From Hydrurus foetidus (taxonomy: Eukaryota): DNA of 64,000 nucleotides. The DNA is taken from positions 310,001 through 374,000 of the forward strand of contig UYFQ01000006.1 of NCBI GenBank assembly GCA_900617105.1. Direction: 5' to 3'. The translations under genes were made by a program, and so were the position numbers. Positions 41,189 through 51,668 of the stretch are shown here, piece by piece; position 1 is the stretch's first letter; every line of letters starts with the position of its first letter. Under the pieces are notes generated by a model. The model was not told the origin of the DNA, did not search any database, and saw only the letters and a list, made by a program, of their open reading frames with translations.

Positions 41189-42253
41189 TCAAAAGAAGTG
41201 GCGAATGCCCACTTCCAGCCCGGTTGAGCTGCCGCCCAAAGACGTGCCCGGCGCCGTCAAGCCCTGCACACCGATAGACTTTTGCGCACCGTCCTTGTTG
41301 CCAATGCGAGCGTAGGAGCCGTAGAGCTGGGTGCGCTTGGACAAGTTGTAGCCGTACCCGAGTGAGAGCTTGTTCCAATCGGCATTGCTGTTGGCGGTGT
41401 TGTAGCTGCCGTAAGCGGCACGCACTTCACCCAAGCCCACAGGCACGGTCACCCCCAGTTGAAGCGCTGTCACTTTCAAAGCACCCCGCTTTTCGGTGGC
41501 CCACAAGAAGCTGGGTTTGGCCACGCCAAAGTCATAGCTCAGGCCCAAGTTGTTGGCGGTCAAATCGTTGGCTTCTACGTCGCCCTTGAGCTTGCCTGTG
41601 GCAAACGCACCGTGCAGCGGCCCTTGGCGGTAGCCTGCACGCAGGCCCATGTAGTCGCCCTGGTTTTTGTTGGCGGCATTGGACGCTTGCTCGCCCAGCG
41701 CCAGTTGCGCTTGGCCGTAGAAGCCCCCCAGGTTTTGGGGCAAAAAGTAGCTAAGCGAATTGCTCAGTTGAATGGGCGCACCGCCCGCAGCGGTGGCAGC
41801 CCCCGGAATACCCAGCATGGTGAAGGCCATTGTGCCGCCTACGCCGTTGGTCAGAAAGGGGTCAAAAATCAGCGTACCGAGGAAGGTAGCGGCATCATCA
41901 CGGCCCAGGCGCACTTCACCGAAGCTGCCCAACAAGCTGACGGTGGAGCGGCGATTGAAGCTCAACCCACCACCCGTTGCCTTGCCATTGCCAGTGTCCA
42001 CGTCCAGACCGGCTTCCAACCAGAAACCAGCTTGCAGGCCGCCACCCAGGTCTTCCACACCGCGAAAACCGATACGGCTGATGTTGGCCCCACCGGTAGA
42101 GAGGCCAGTTTTTGACACACCTGAGCCGGAAACACGGGCCACACCCGCATCCACTGTGCCAAAAACGGTGACGGACGACTGAGCCAAGGCAGCACCCGCA
42201 GCGGCCGTTAACCCCAGGGCACAAAGTGATTGAAGAAGGCGAGTTTTTTTCAT
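41189..42253 (-). CDS. Gram-negative trimeric porin (Omp32-like)
   Basis: Signal peptide, SRIGFRGVEDLGGGL, YNLSKRT, C-terminal GIRHFF. Confidence 0.92.
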   Translation of the reverse strand: MKKTRLLQSLCALGLTAAAGAALAQSSVTVFGTVDAGVARVSGSGVSKTGLSTGGANISRIGFRGVEDLGGGLQAGFWLEAGLDVDTGNGKATGGGLSFNRRSTVSLLGSFGEVRLGRDDAATFLGTLIFDPFLTNGVGGTMAFTMLGIPGAATAAGGAPIQLSNSLSYFLPQNLGGFYGQAQLALGEQASNAANKNQGDYMGLRAGYRQGPLHGAFATGKLKGDVEANDLTANNLGLSYDFGVAKPSFLWATEKRGALKVTALQLGVTVPVGLGEVRAAYGSYNTANSNADWNKLSLGYGYNLSKRTQLYGSYARIGNKDGAQKSIGVQGLTAPGTSLGGSSTGLEVGIRHFF

Positions 42254-42311
42254 GGTGAAACTTTCAAAAATTAAATAAGATCAATACATCAACGTCGAAA
42301 ACAAAACACAG

Positions 42312-43268
42312 CTACGCATCCAGCACCAAGGTGTCGGTCTTGCAACCCGACACGCACACCATCATGGCCTTGTTACGGGCACGCTCTTTGGTGCTGAGCA
42401 CTGAATCCCGGTGGTCGGGAATGCCTTCCAGCACCTTGGTTTCACACGTACCACACACCCCTTCCGCACAGCTGTAGTTCACTTTGATGCCCGCGTCGAG
42501 CATGGTTTGAAGCAGTGATTTGTCGGGGGTGATGGTCAGCGTTTTGCCACTCCGGCGCAGCTCGGCGGTGTAGGAGGTTTTGGCGTCTGAGGCCGCGACC
42601 ACTTCCACGGCGGCGAAGCGTTCGATGTGGGCATTGGCGTGGCCCAAGTCAGCACAAACCGTCTCAAATGCATCCAGCATCACCGCTGGGCCGCAGGCGT
42701 AATGATGGGTTTGAGCGTTGGATAAGCGCTGACCCAGCAAAGCGCGCAAATCGGGTGGACGGCCTTGCTCATCGTCAAAATGCAGGTGCAAGGGCATGCC
42801 TAAACCCTGCAATTCGGCCACAAACGCAGCCCCGGCGCGCGAGCGCGCGAAGTAAAACATCTCGAACGGGCGGCCTAGCGCGGTCAAGCGGCGGGCCATG
42901 CACAGCAGCGGCGTGATACCAATGCCACCCGCCACCAGCACGCTGTAGGAGGCATCCTCATGCAGCACAAAGTTGTTGCTGGGAGGCGATATTTTCAGCG
43001 GCATGGCTACGCGCAAAGCCTCGTGAACACAACGCGAGCCGCCTCGGCTTTTCGCATCACGCAAGACACCCACCACGTAACGGCCGGTCTCTTCGCACGC
43101 GTTGGAGAGCGAGTAACTGCGCACCAGACCATTGGGCAGGTGCAGGTCAATGTGCGAACCTGCGTCAAAGCCGGGGAACACCTCGCCGGGTGCGGGGCGC
43201 AGTTCCACACTGATGACTCCCTCGGCCTCATAGCGCAGGGTGTGGACAAAGGCGTTCAAAGTGCTCAT
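42312..43268 (-). CDS. PDR/VanB-family oxygenase reductase (FMN, 2Fe-2S)
   Basis: RSYSL, GGIGITP, YACGP, CAEGVCGTC...C. Confidence 0.93.
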   Translation of the reverse strand: MSTLNAFVHTLRYEAEGVISVELRPAPGEVFPGFDAGSHIDLHLPNGLVRSYSLSNACEETGRYVVGVLRDAKSRGGSRCVHEALRVAMPLKISPPSNNFVLHEDASYSVLVAGGIGITPLLCMARRLTALGRPFEMFYFARSRAGAAFVAELQGLGMPLHLHFDDEQGRPPDLRALLGQRLSNAQTHHYACGPAVMLDAFETVCADLGHANAHIERFAAVEVVAASDAKTSYTAELRRSGKTLTITPDKSLLQTMLDAGIKVNYSCAEGVCGTCETKVLEGIPDHRDSVLSTKERARNKAMMVCVSGCKTDTLVLDA

Positions 43269-44302
43269 GATTGTGTAGCAGCTTGTGCAGTCTCCAATTG
43301 CTCATCAGCCAAATTTCGCAAGTGACGGCGCAGGCGCACCAAGCCGATGTCGTGGGCGTAGAGGTTTTCGCGCTGGTTGGCGTCAAACTCCATCACTTCC
43401 AACATCACACGGTCTTGCTCCAGCACCGCCCAATGGCGGGCCTCCAGGCGGTTGCGGTACAGGAAACGCCACGTATCGCGTTGCCAAGTGGACACCTTGC
43501 GGCAGCGCCAGAAGAACACGCCGCACAGCTCGGTGCTGATGGGGGTGGCGCAGGAGACGATGGCAAAGTTGCCACCAGGGCCGCCAGTCTTGGGGTAGGG
43601 AATCTCCAGACGCATCCAGTGGATATTGGTTTCGCCCCACTCCGTCCAGTCGAAATTCACACCGCGCTGGCCGACTTTCTCGAATACAAAGCCGGTATCG
43701 GTGTCGCGCACTTGGAAGGTGGCTTTGGTGTCGCCTTCGGCCATAGAGTGCGACTGCTTGTGCAAGAACATGCCATGCATCGGGTCCATCACGTTGTCCA
43801 TCGCGTAACGGTAGTCACCACGCCACTCGGCGTAGCAAAGAAAGTGCGAATACTCGGGCGAGGTCAGCTCTTCGGGCATCTGCAACGGGGGCGGTGTATC
43901 AATGTTTGTGTCGCTGTTGAACAAAAACACGGCACCAAAAGCCTCCTGGGCGTGGAAGGCCAGCGCCGCACGGGTGCCTTCCATCTTGCAGCCGGGGCTG
44001 CCAGGTACTTTGGTAACAACACCATCGCAGCGCACTTCGATGCCGTGGTACGGGCAAGCCAGCCGGTCGCCCAGCATCACGCCTTGCGACAGGGGGGCTC
44101 CCCGGTGCGGGCAATGGTCTTCCAAGGCGTGAATCTGACCGGTAGCGTCGCGCCAGAGGGCAATTTTTTTACCAAAGCGGCGGATCGAAATCGGGCGCTC
44201 TTTCACATGCTCAGACGGGCAAACGGGATACCACAGGTCTTTGAGCCCCACAGTCAGCAGCGCGTCAATGGGGTCAATGGGGTCTTTGTCGTGGGTGGTC
44301 AT
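43265..44302 (-). CDS. Rieske non-heme iron oxygenase, alpha subunit (VanA-like size)
   Basis: CPH...CPYHG Rieske motif; DNVMDPMHGMFLH mononuclear Fe motif. Confidence 0.92.
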   Translation of the reverse strand: MTTHDKDPIDPIDALLTVGLKDLWYPVCPSEHVKERPISIRRFGKKIALWRDATGQIHALEDHCPHRGAPLSQGVMLGDRLACPYHGIEVRCDGVVTKVPGSPGCKMEGTRAALAFHAQEAFGAVFLFNSDTNIDTPPPLQMPEELTSPEYSHFLCYAEWRGDYRYAMDNVMDPMHGMFLHKQSHSMAEGDTKATFQVRDTDTGFVFEKVGQRGVNFDWTEWGETNIHWMRLEIPYPKTGGPGGNFAIVSCATPISTELCGVFFWRCRKVSTWQRDTWRFLYRNRLEARHWAVLEQDRVMLEVMEFDANQRENLYAHDIGLVRLRRHLRNLADEQLETAQAATQS

Positions 44303-44325
44303 GGTCAATATCCTCAGTTAAGCAC

Positions 44326-44550
44326 TCAGTAACCCAGGCGGGCCATCAGCGCCTGAAAGTTGTGTTCCGTCCAGGCTTCGCCGTTGTCGCACGACGAGCC
44401 GCCTTGGTTCAGGTGCGCGACCAGCTCTGGCAGCGTGTGGGCACCGGCGGCAAACGCACGCTCAATGGCGTCGCCCAGCAGGTCTTCAAACAGGGTGGGG
44501 GGGCGCTGACGCGCTTGGTGAGGCTCTAGGGAGCGCAGGGCTTGCATCAT
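44326..44550 (-). CDS. Small recombinase-like helix-turn-helix protein
   Basis: 74 aa, LEPHQAR...FEDLLGDAIERAF...LN..G...G..WT; GGAG SD; immediately upstream of the Rieske gene. Confidence 0.7.
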   Translation of the reverse strand: MMQALRSLEPHQARQRPPTLFEDLLGDAIERAFAAGAHTLPELVAHLNQGGSSCDNGEAWTEHNFQALMARLGY

Positions 44551-44569
44551 GGGGTTCTCCTTATAAAAA

Positions 44570-45556
44570 TCAGTCAGCCTGAATGCCAAACTCTTTGACG
44601 ATCTTGGCGAAACGGGCGTGGTCGGCGGCGTTGGCCTTTTCTAACTTAGCAGGCTCGCCCCCGACGGGCAATGCGCCGAACACAGCCATCTTGCTGACCA
44701 CATCAGGCATTTTGAGAATCTCGTTCATGTGCTGGCTCAAGGTTTTGACCACCTCAGCGGGCAAACCTTTGGGGCCGAACAGGCCTTGCCATGCGGTCAC
44801 TTCCACGTCTTTGTAGCCCAGCTCAGCCAGTGTGGGCACCGTGGGGGCCAGCGTGGAGCGCTGTGCATCCGCCACGGCCAGCAAAGCCAACTTACCCGTT
44901 GCCACATGCGGAGCCACTGGGCCCAGCGTGATGAACGTCACCGGCACATGGCCGCCCAGCAGGTCGTTCACTGCCGGGGCCACACCCCGGTAAGGCACAT
45001 GGGCAATTTTGATCCCGGCAGACTTGATGAACATCTCCCCCAGGATGTGCATGGGCGAGCCGCTGCCTGGGCTGGCGTAAGTCATGTCCTTGGTTTTGGC
45101 GAGGGTCACCAAAGATTTCAGGTCTTTGACCCCCGTCGCTGCGCCTGCCGCAACAAACAGCGGTTGTGTAGAGGTTTGAACAATGGGCGTGAAACCGTTC
45201 AACACGTCATAGCCTCCACCCGCTTTGAGCACCAGCGGCGCAATCGCAAAGGTGCTGGGGGCCATCAGCAGGGTGTAGCCATCGGGTGCCGCTTTAGAGA
45301 CAAGCGTGCTGCCAATCGAACCACTGGCCCCCGGCTTGTTGTCCACGATCACCGGCTGACCCAAGCGGGTGGACAGCTTTTCGGCATACAGACGGGCCAT
45401 CGCATCGGTGTCGCCGCCTGCGGGGTAGGCCACGATCAAGGTGATGGGTTTGCTGGGATACGCCTGAGCGATTGCACTGCCTGCGCCCAAGGACAGGCCC
45501 AGGGAACCAAGCAGGGAAGCGGCAACAATGATGGCCTGACGACGGGGGTACTTCAT
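44570..45556 (-). CDS. Bug/TctC-family substrate-binding protein
   Basis: YPSKPITLIVAYPAGGDTD, NKPGASG, PYRGVAP, VPTLAELG. Confidence 0.92.
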   Translation of the reverse strand: MKYPRRQAIIVAASLLGSLGLSLGAGSAIAQAYPSKPITLIVAYPAGGDTDAMARLYAEKLSTRLGQPVIVDNKPGASGSIGSTLVSKAAPDGYTLLMAPSTFAIAPLVLKAGGGYDVLNGFTPIVQTSTQPLFVAAGAATGVKDLKSLVTLAKTKDMTYASPGSGSPMHILGEMFIKSAGIKIAHVPYRGVAPAVNDLLGGHVPVTFITLGPVAPHVATGKLALLAVADAQRSTLAPTVPTLAELGYKDVEVTAWQGLFGPKGLPAEVVKTLSQHMNEILKMPDVVSKMAVFGALPVGGEPAKLEKANAADHARFAKIVKEFGIQAD

Positions 45557-45624
45557 GGTGGGTGCTTTCAAGGTTATGAGGTGGGTTGAACAAAAGGCAT
45601 GGGGGGGAATTGAGAGGATGACAA

Positions 45625-46608
45625 CTACTGAGCTTCGATCTTGCGGCTCTTGATGATGGGTGCCCAAGTCGCGGTTTCCTTGCGGATCAGATCGCCAAAG
45701 GCAATGCCGGTGACAGTCCAGATGCTCATGCCTTGCTTGGTCAGCTGAGCCCTTGTGGCTGGTTCGTTGAGAATTTGCGTCATGTCGTGGGCCAACTGAT
45801 CGAGCACCGATGCAGGCGTTCCCTTGGGGGCCATCACGCCATACCAGGATGACAGCGTCACACCCTTGACTCCAGACTCGGCGAGCGTGGGCACATCAGG
45901 CAGTTCGGGGGTGCGTGCCCCGTCGGTGACAGCAAGGGCGCGCAGCTTACCGGACTGGATGTGCGACAGCAGTGTGGGCAGGTTGCCCACGATCATGGGT
46001 ACGATGCCGCCCAGCACGTCGTTCAAGCCTGGAGGCGTGCCTTTGTAGGCGATGTGCAGGAAGTCCGCACCGCTTTGCTGGCCAAACAACTCGCCAGCCA
46101 GATGAAGGCTGCTGCCCACGCCCGGTGACGCGTAGCTCACACTGTCGGGCTTGGCTTTGGCCAGGGTCACGAGTTCGGCAATCGTCTTGACCGGCACTGC
46201 CACGTTCACGGCGATCACGTTGGCCGTCTTAGCCAGCGAAGTCACCGGTGCGAAGTCGCCGTCTACGCTGTAGCTGAGCTTAGTCATTAGCGTGGGGTTG
46301 ATGGTCAGGTTGCCCTGCGGCACCACCAGCAGCGTGTGGCCCGTGGGTGCGGCGCGGCGGACGAGGTCGATACCGATATTGCCGTTGGCCCCCGTGCGGT
46401 TGTCAACAACCGAAGTCTGCTTGTAGCGGGCTGCCAGCCCGTTGGACAGGATGCGGGCCAGTGTGTCCACCGGGCCACCAGGGGGAAACGGGGCAACAAT
46501 GGTGAAAGGCGCAGCGGCCAGCGACTTTTCAGCATCGCTCATCTGGGCCTGAACTGGCATCAAGCCCATTCCAGCCAGCAGCAAGGCAGATAGCGTGCGT
46601 CGTTTCAT
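45625..46608 (-). CDS. Bug/TctC-family substrate-binding protein
   Basis: PFPPGGPVD, NRTGANG, YKGTPP, PDVPTLAESG. Confidence 0.92.
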   Translation of the reverse strand: MKRRTLSALLLAGMGLMPVQAQMSDAEKSLAAAPFTIVAPFPPGGPVDTLARILSNGLAARYKQTSVVDNRTGANGNIGIDLVRRAAPTGHTLLVVPQGNLTINPTLMTKLSYSVDGDFAPVTSLAKTANVIAVNVAVPVKTIAELVTLAKAKPDSVSYASPGVGSSLHLAGELFGQQSGADFLHIAYKGTPPGLNDVLGGIVPMIVGNLPTLLSHIQSGKLRALAVTDGARTPELPDVPTLAESGVKGVTLSSWYGVMAPKGTPASVLDQLAHDMTQILNEPATRAQLTKQGMSIWTVTGIAFGDLIRKETATWAPIIKSRKIEAQ

Positions 46609-46641
46609 GCGGGGCTCCTTGACGATCCGTAACAGTGGCAA

Positions 46642-47601
46642 TCAGGCTTTATCGGTAATGAACTTACCGCTGGTCGCACCCACGCCTTTTTGACGGCGGG
46701 TGTGGCCGTCAATGCCCCCATCAATCGCCCATTCAGCAAACACGGTCGGGCCAGGCTCGAAGTCACGTGGCTGCCAATCGGCAGTGAGCTGGTCTTCGTC
46801 GGCGTAGTACTCGATCAGCGCACCTGCCGGGTTTTTGAAATACCAAAAGTAGGCGGATGACACAGGGTGACGGCCTGGCCCCAGTTGCGTATCCCAGCCA
46901 CAACGCGAAATGTGCATTCCCCCACCAAACACCTCATGGATGTCACGCACGGTGAACGCCACATGGTTCAACGCCGCATCGGCGCTGGGGCGTTGCAGCA
47001 GGAAAATATCGTGGTGCCCGCCGATGGGCGCACAGCGCAAAAACGCACCGCGATCGGGGTAACGGTCAGACGGCGCAAAGCCAAAACTCTCGGTGTAAAA
47101 CTTCTCACAAGCCACCACGTCTTTGACGAAAAACACCACATGACCCACCTCAATCGGTGTGGCACGGGCGTAAGCGGGGCTGGCTTGGTTGATGCGTTGG
47201 GCGCTGCCCCAGGAGTTGAAGGCGGCACCGGCCACATCCACCGCGTGTTTGCGGGTGACTTGCAACTGCACCGACAGACCATTAGGGTCGGTGCAACCGA
47301 TGCGCTCAGCGGTTTGACTGAAGCCGGGCTGGTGGCGGATGTTGTTCGCGTACAGCGTCAAATCGGCTTCGCTTTCCACACCCCAAACGACTTGGCGCAG
47401 GGTGGGGCCAGCTTCAATGGCGGGCGGCAAACCAGCTCGGGTGCTGGCGGCAACGATGACGCGGCAACCGTTCAGGCAGGTAAAGACCAATTGATCTTCT
47501 GACTCACTCGCCAGTGCCAGCCCCCAATCGAGGAAAAACTGGCGGCAGGTGGGTAAATCATCGGCCCCGTAGGTGATTTCATCAATACCTAATACGCTCA
47601 T
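46642..47601 (-). CDS. VOC-family protein, extradiol ring-cleavage dioxygenase-like
   Basis: Two-domain VOC with GHVVF, HHDIF, NHVAF, GPGRH, YFKNP..LIEY metal-ligand pattern. Confidence 0.82.
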   Translation of the reverse strand: MSVLGIDEITYGADDLPTCRQFFLDWGLALASESEDQLVFTCLNGCRVIVAASTRAGLPPAIEAGPTLRQVVWGVESEADLTLYANNIRHQPGFSQTAERIGCTDPNGLSVQLQVTRKHAVDVAGAAFNSWGSAQRINQASPAYARATPIEVGHVVFFVKDVVACEKFYTESFGFAPSDRYPDRGAFLRCAPIGGHHDIFLLQRPSADAALNHVAFTVRDIHEVFGGGMHISRCGWDTQLGPGRHPVSSAYFWYFKNPAGALIEYYADEDQLTADWQPRDFEPGPTVFAEWAIDGGIDGHTRRQKGVGATSGKFITDKA

Positions 47602-47647
47602 ATGCACACTCCATAAGCTGTAACAGCTATCATTTTTGATTTACACA

Positions 47648-49132
47648 TCAGTTTGCCCAAACCATAGGTTGGTCGTTCAAACCCCAGTACAGGCTTTTTT
47701 GCTCCATGTACTGCAAGATGCCTAAGCGGCCCTTTTCGCGGCCCAGGCCGCTGTCTTTCCACCCCCCAAACGGGGTGGAGATAGAAAACTGCTTGTAGGT
47801 GTTGATCCACACTGTGCCCGCTTGCACGGCACGGCCTAAGCGCCAAGCGCGTTTGTAGTCCCGCGTCCAGATGCCTGCGGCCAAAGCGTAGAGGCTGTCG
47901 TTGGCTTGGGCGATGAGGTCTTCTTCCGTGTCAAACGGCATGGCCACCAGCACGGGGCCAAAAATTTCCTCCTGGCAAACCTGCGCGCTGTTGGTCAGGC
48001 CCTCCAGGATGGTGGGCAGGTAGTAGTTGCCGCGCTCGTACTGTGCGCCTTGCGGACGTGCACCTCCCGTGCGCAAGGTGGCACCGGCGCTTAAGCCCAA
48101 GTCCACATAGCGCTCAATTGACTCGCGGTGCCGTGCGGTGATGAGTGGCCCCATGTGGGTGCGCTCGTCGGCGGGGTCGCCCACGCGCAATTGAGCGGTC
48201 TTGTCACTCAAGCGCTGCATGAATTCGGCGTACAGCGCTCTGGCCACGAACAAACGCGAACCGGCAATGCAGGCTTCCCCCGACGAACTGAAGATGCCGT
48301 ACAGCACACCGTTCACCGCGTGGTCGAGATCGGCATCGTCCATCACCATCGTGGCGGACTTGCCCCCCAACTCCAGCGATACCGGCATCATTTTGTCGGC
48401 AGCGATGTGCGCTATGTGCTTGCCCGTGGTGGTACCCCCGGTGAAAGACACACGCTTGATGAGCGGGTGCTTGGTGATGGCATCCCCAATGATGGAACCC
48501 CGCCCTGGCAGCACGCTGAGCATCCCTTTCGGCACACCGGCTTCCTCGCAAATGGCCGCCAGTTCTAACGCCATCAGAGGTGTGGCTTCGGCGGGTTTGA
48601 TTACCACAGCATTGCCTGCGGCCAGCGCAGGGGCAACTTTTTGCGCCTCGCTGGCAATCGGCGAATTCCACGGCGTGATGGCGGCCACCACACCCATCGG
48701 CTCGTAGACGCTCATGGTCATGAAATCGCCGCGTGAGGGGGTGATGGTTTCTTCCAGCGTTTCGCAGGCGCTGGCGAAAAACTGGAAAGTAGCGGCCGCA
48801 CTGGCCACCAGGTTGCGGGTTTCGTTGATCGGTTTGCCGTTGTCCAGCCGCTGACGCTGGGCCAAGGGTTCGGCGCGTTCACGGATCAACGCCGCCACGC
48901 GGTACAACACGGCTGCCCGCTCGTGCGGCTTGCGCTGTGCCCAACCGCTGGTGCGAAAGGCGTGGTCAGCGCGAACGATGGCCTCGTCCACGTCGGCCAA
49001 GCTGGGGGCTCGCAGATGAGCGACAACTTCACCAGTGGCGGGATAGAGGCTGGCGAACTCGTCGCCACCGCCTAAGCGCATTTCACCAGCAATGTTGATG
49101 GGCAAAAGGGTGTGGGTGTCAGGCGTGGTCAT
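47648..49132 (-). CDS. Aldehyde dehydrogenase
   Basis: ITPWNSP, FTGGT, LELGGKS, GEACIAG, EEIFGP. Confidence 0.95.
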   Translation of the reverse strand: MTTPDTHTLLPINIAGEMRLGGGDEFASLYPATGEVVAHLRAPSLADVDEAIVRADHAFRTSGWAQRKPHERAAVLYRVAALIRERAEPLAQRQRLDNGKPINETRNLVASAAATFQFFASACETLEETITPSRGDFMTMSVYEPMGVVAAITPWNSPIASEAQKVAPALAAGNAVVIKPAEATPLMALELAAICEEAGVPKGMLSVLPGRGSIIGDAITKHPLIKRVSFTGGTTTGKHIAHIAADKMMPVSLELGGKSATMVMDDADLDHAVNGVLYGIFSSSGEACIAGSRLFVARALYAEFMQRLSDKTAQLRVGDPADERTHMGPLITARHRESIERYVDLGLSAGATLRTGGARPQGAQYERGNYYLPTILEGLTNSAQVCQEEIFGPVLVAMPFDTEEDLIAQANDSLYALAAGIWTRDYKRAWRLGRAVQAGTVWINTYKQFSISTPFGGWKDSGLGREKGRLGILQYMEQKSLYWGLNDQPMVWAN

Positions 49133-49159
49133 GGCAAGGCTTGGGCTGAAGTGGCGGAG

Positions 49160-49966
49160 TTAGATGGCAAGTGCGGCGGCACGGTTGCGGATGGCCCGCA
49201 CCACGCTGTACACCGTGAGGGCCGAAGTTTTGGGGTTGGCCGCGAGTGGCTTGCCGCGCATCGTCAACTCGAATTGGCCAAAGGCACCGCGTGCTTCCAC
49301 ATGGTGGACGTTTTCGGTGACACCGGGGTCGGCAAACAACTGCACCTGGGTGCGCTGCATCCCCACACCAGCGAGGGCCAGGGTGGCGGCGACGTTGGCG
49401 TTCTTGGGGTACAGGGTGGCAGCTTGTTCCGCGCTGCCGTCAAAAATACAGAAGGCGCTGGTCAGGCTGTCCAAGTCGCACAGGTCTTGCGCAGGGGTGC
49501 CTTTCCACGCACCGGGGGGTTTGCGCCCGGTGTAGACCACCGCGTCCAAACCGCCTTCACGGGCCGCAGACAGTGCGTCGATGCCCCCTATTGCGCCGGA
49601 CAGCAGCTGCACCTGGGTATGGCCTTGGCGAGCAGCCTGTTCCAAAGATTCGGCCATGCCGGGTGTGCTCAGCGCCCCGATAGATGCCACCACACAGGGA
49701 ATACCGCGCTGCAAAGCGGGCAGCACATGCTCGGCAATGGCGCTGTGCCCAGCACACTCCACCAGCAGATCGGGAGCGTTATCCCCCGTACTGACGCACG
49801 CCAGCACCTGCGCACCACTGGCCCACTTCGCCACCACTTCACACGCAGCAGCTTGAAAAGCCTCGGGCACGATGACGCTGTGGACGCGCACATCCGCACT
49901 GCCTTGGAGCAACTCCAGCACACTGGCACCGATGGCACCACAACCAATCACAGCGACGTTCAACAT
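49160..49966 (-). CDS. nadX: L-aspartate dehydrogenase (NadX family)
   Basis: GCGAIG, VECAGH, SGAIGGID, YPKNANVAA, NVHHV, NPKTSAL. Confidence 0.9.
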   Translation of the reverse strand: MLNVAVIGCGAIGASVLELLQGSADVRVHSVIVPEAFQAAACEVVAKWASGAQVLACVSTGDNAPDLLVECAGHSAIAEHVLPALQRGIPCVVASIGALSTPGMAESLEQAARQGHTQVQLLSGAIGGIDALSAAREGGLDAVVYTGRKPPGAWKGTPAQDLCDLDSLTSAFCIFDGSAEQAATLYPKNANVAATLALAGVGMQRTQVQLFADPGVTENVHHVEARGAFGQFELTMRGKPLAANPKTSALTVYSVVRAIRNRAAALAI

Positions 49967-49988
49967 GGGTTTGTCCTTGCGCGTCAGA

Positions 49989-51668
49989 TCAGCTCACGAC
50001 TTGCGTCGGTGGGCCAGCAAATGCCGTTTTAAAGCTGCCAATCGACAGCATGTCGATTTCCAGAATGAACGGCCCAATAGCGCTTTGCGCTTTGTCCAGC
50101 CCGGCGGGCAAATCAGCCAAATCGCTGATGCGCGTGTGGCCCAGTTGCAATGCGCTGCACAGTTGTGCGTAGTCCGGCGTGTGCAGGTCAACGTAGCAGC
50201 GCCGTCCTCCGTACTGCGCGTCCTGGATGTTGCGGATCACGCCATAGCGCTGGTCGTTCATCAGCACGTAGACCACTTGGGCTTTCTCTTGCACCGCCGT
50301 CGCCAGTTCGCCCAAATTCAAAATGAAGCCACCGTCACCCGACAGGCACAGCGTTTTGCGGCCAGAGCCGGTCTCCGTGGCCCCCACAGCAGCCCCAATG
50401 CCCATTGACAAGCCCAGGCCGATGCCGCCACCCAGTGCGTGTACGCCTTGGGTCGGCTCGAACACCTGCAGCTGGCGGTTGCCCCAGGTGCTGTTGGACA
50501 CCGTGACATCGCGTACCCAATTGAAGTTGCGCCCAGCGGCCTGCTGCAACTGGCTGACCAGCGTGGTGTACACGCCCAAACCGTCAAGCAAAATCTTTTG
50601 CGCGGCCACATGGGCGACCCGTAAATCAGCCATGAAGGTGGGGTCAATGTTGAGTTTGCCTTCTAGGCGGTCAGCCAAACCATTCAGCACCAAAGTCGCA
50701 TCGCCCGCCACAAAACAGTCACTGGTATAGCAACGGCCATCGGCCGCCGGATCAGCATCGACGCGGTACAGCGGGCGGGGCAGTTTGAGCTGGTACTTCA
50801 GTGTTTCGTTGCCACGCAAGCGTGAACCCACCACCAGCATGGCATCGCAAGTTTGGTAGAAATCTTCCACCGGCTTGTGCAGGTTGTACGCCCCCAGCGA
50901 GCGCGGGTCGTCTTCGGCGACGATGCCCCGGCCTTGGGTGCTGCTGACCACGCCCACCCCCATCGCCAGCAAACGCGCCACAGCAGCACCGGCCTGGCGT
51001 GCGCCACCGCCCAGCCACAGCAGAGGGCGACGGGCAATGGCAAAGCGCTCAGCCAGGGCATCCAGTGCCGCAGCTTGGGGAATTTTGGCTGCGACTGGCA
51101 GTGGCGTAAGGTCAGTGGATGCGCTGATAAGCGCCGCCTGGATGTCAATCGGAATTTCAACGCTGACCGGCCCCGTAGGCGCTGTCAAGGCGGTTTGAAT
51201 GGCCAGCTTGACGGTGCTGATCGCGGTTTCCACATTGCGCACGCGGAACGCGGCTTTGGACACCGCCTTGAGCATGGTGAGCTGATCTGGCGCTTCGTGG
51301 ATGTAGGACAGGTTCTGGTCGATGTACTGGGTTTCAATCTGGCCGGTGATGTGCAGCAGCGGCGTGCCGGCGGTCAGGGCCTCCACCATGCCGCCCGCCG
51401 CATTTCCGGCTGCTGTGCCGGTACTGGTCATGCACACGCCCAAGCTGGCAGTCGTGCGGGCATAGGCATCGGCCATGCTGGTGCCACCGGCTTCGCCGCG
51501 CGACATCACCCAGCGGATCTTGCCGCGCTCGTGGAAGGCATCCAGGATGGGCATGTTGTGGATAGAAATCACGCCGAACGCGGTTTTCACGCCGCAGTTT
51601 TCCAGCAGGGCCGCGATGGCCGTGCCTACAGTGATTTGCGGGGCGGTAGGGGTTGTCGAATCAAGCAT
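49989..51668 (-). CDS. Thiamine diphosphate-dependent enzyme (acetolactate synthase/decarboxylase superfamily)
   Basis: FGVISIHN, RGEAG, GDGG...ND..YG ThDP motif. Confidence 0.9.
   Translation of the reverse strand: MLDSTTPTAPQITVGTAIAALLENCGVKTAFGVISIHNMPILDAFHERGKIRWVMSRGEAGGTSMADAYARTTASLGVCMTSTGTAAGNAAGGMVEALTAGTPLLHITGQIETQYIDQNLSYIHEAPDQLTMLKAVSKAAFRVRNVETAISTVKLAIQTALTAPTGPVSVEIPIDIQAALISASTDLTPLPVAAKIPQAAALDALAERFAIARRPLLWLGGGARQAGAAVARLLAMGVGVVSSTQGRGIVAEDDPRSLGAYNLHKPVEDFYQTCDAMLVVGSRLRGNETLKYQLKLPRPLYRVDADPAADGRCYTSDCFVAGDATLVLNGLADRLEGKLNIDPTFMADLRVAHVAAQKILLDGLGVYTTLVSQLQQAAGRNFNWVRDVTVSNSTWGNRQLQVFEPTQGVHALGGGIGLGLSMGIGAAVGATETGSGRKTLCLSGDGGFILNLGELATAVQEKAQVVYVLMNDQRYGVIRNIQDAQYGGRRCYVDLHTPDYAQLCSALQLGHTRISDLADLPAGLDKAQSAIGPFILEIDMLSIGSFKTAFAGPPTQVVS

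Noticed and set aside
44264..44284. 9-bp tandem duplication (DPIDPID) at the Rieske N-terminus
   Set aside because: Two copies only, in frame, in a variable N-terminal segment; no evidence of function.
49160..49966. De novo NAD biosynthesis operon
   Set aside because: No nadA or nadC nearby; nadX is embedded in a catabolic cluster.
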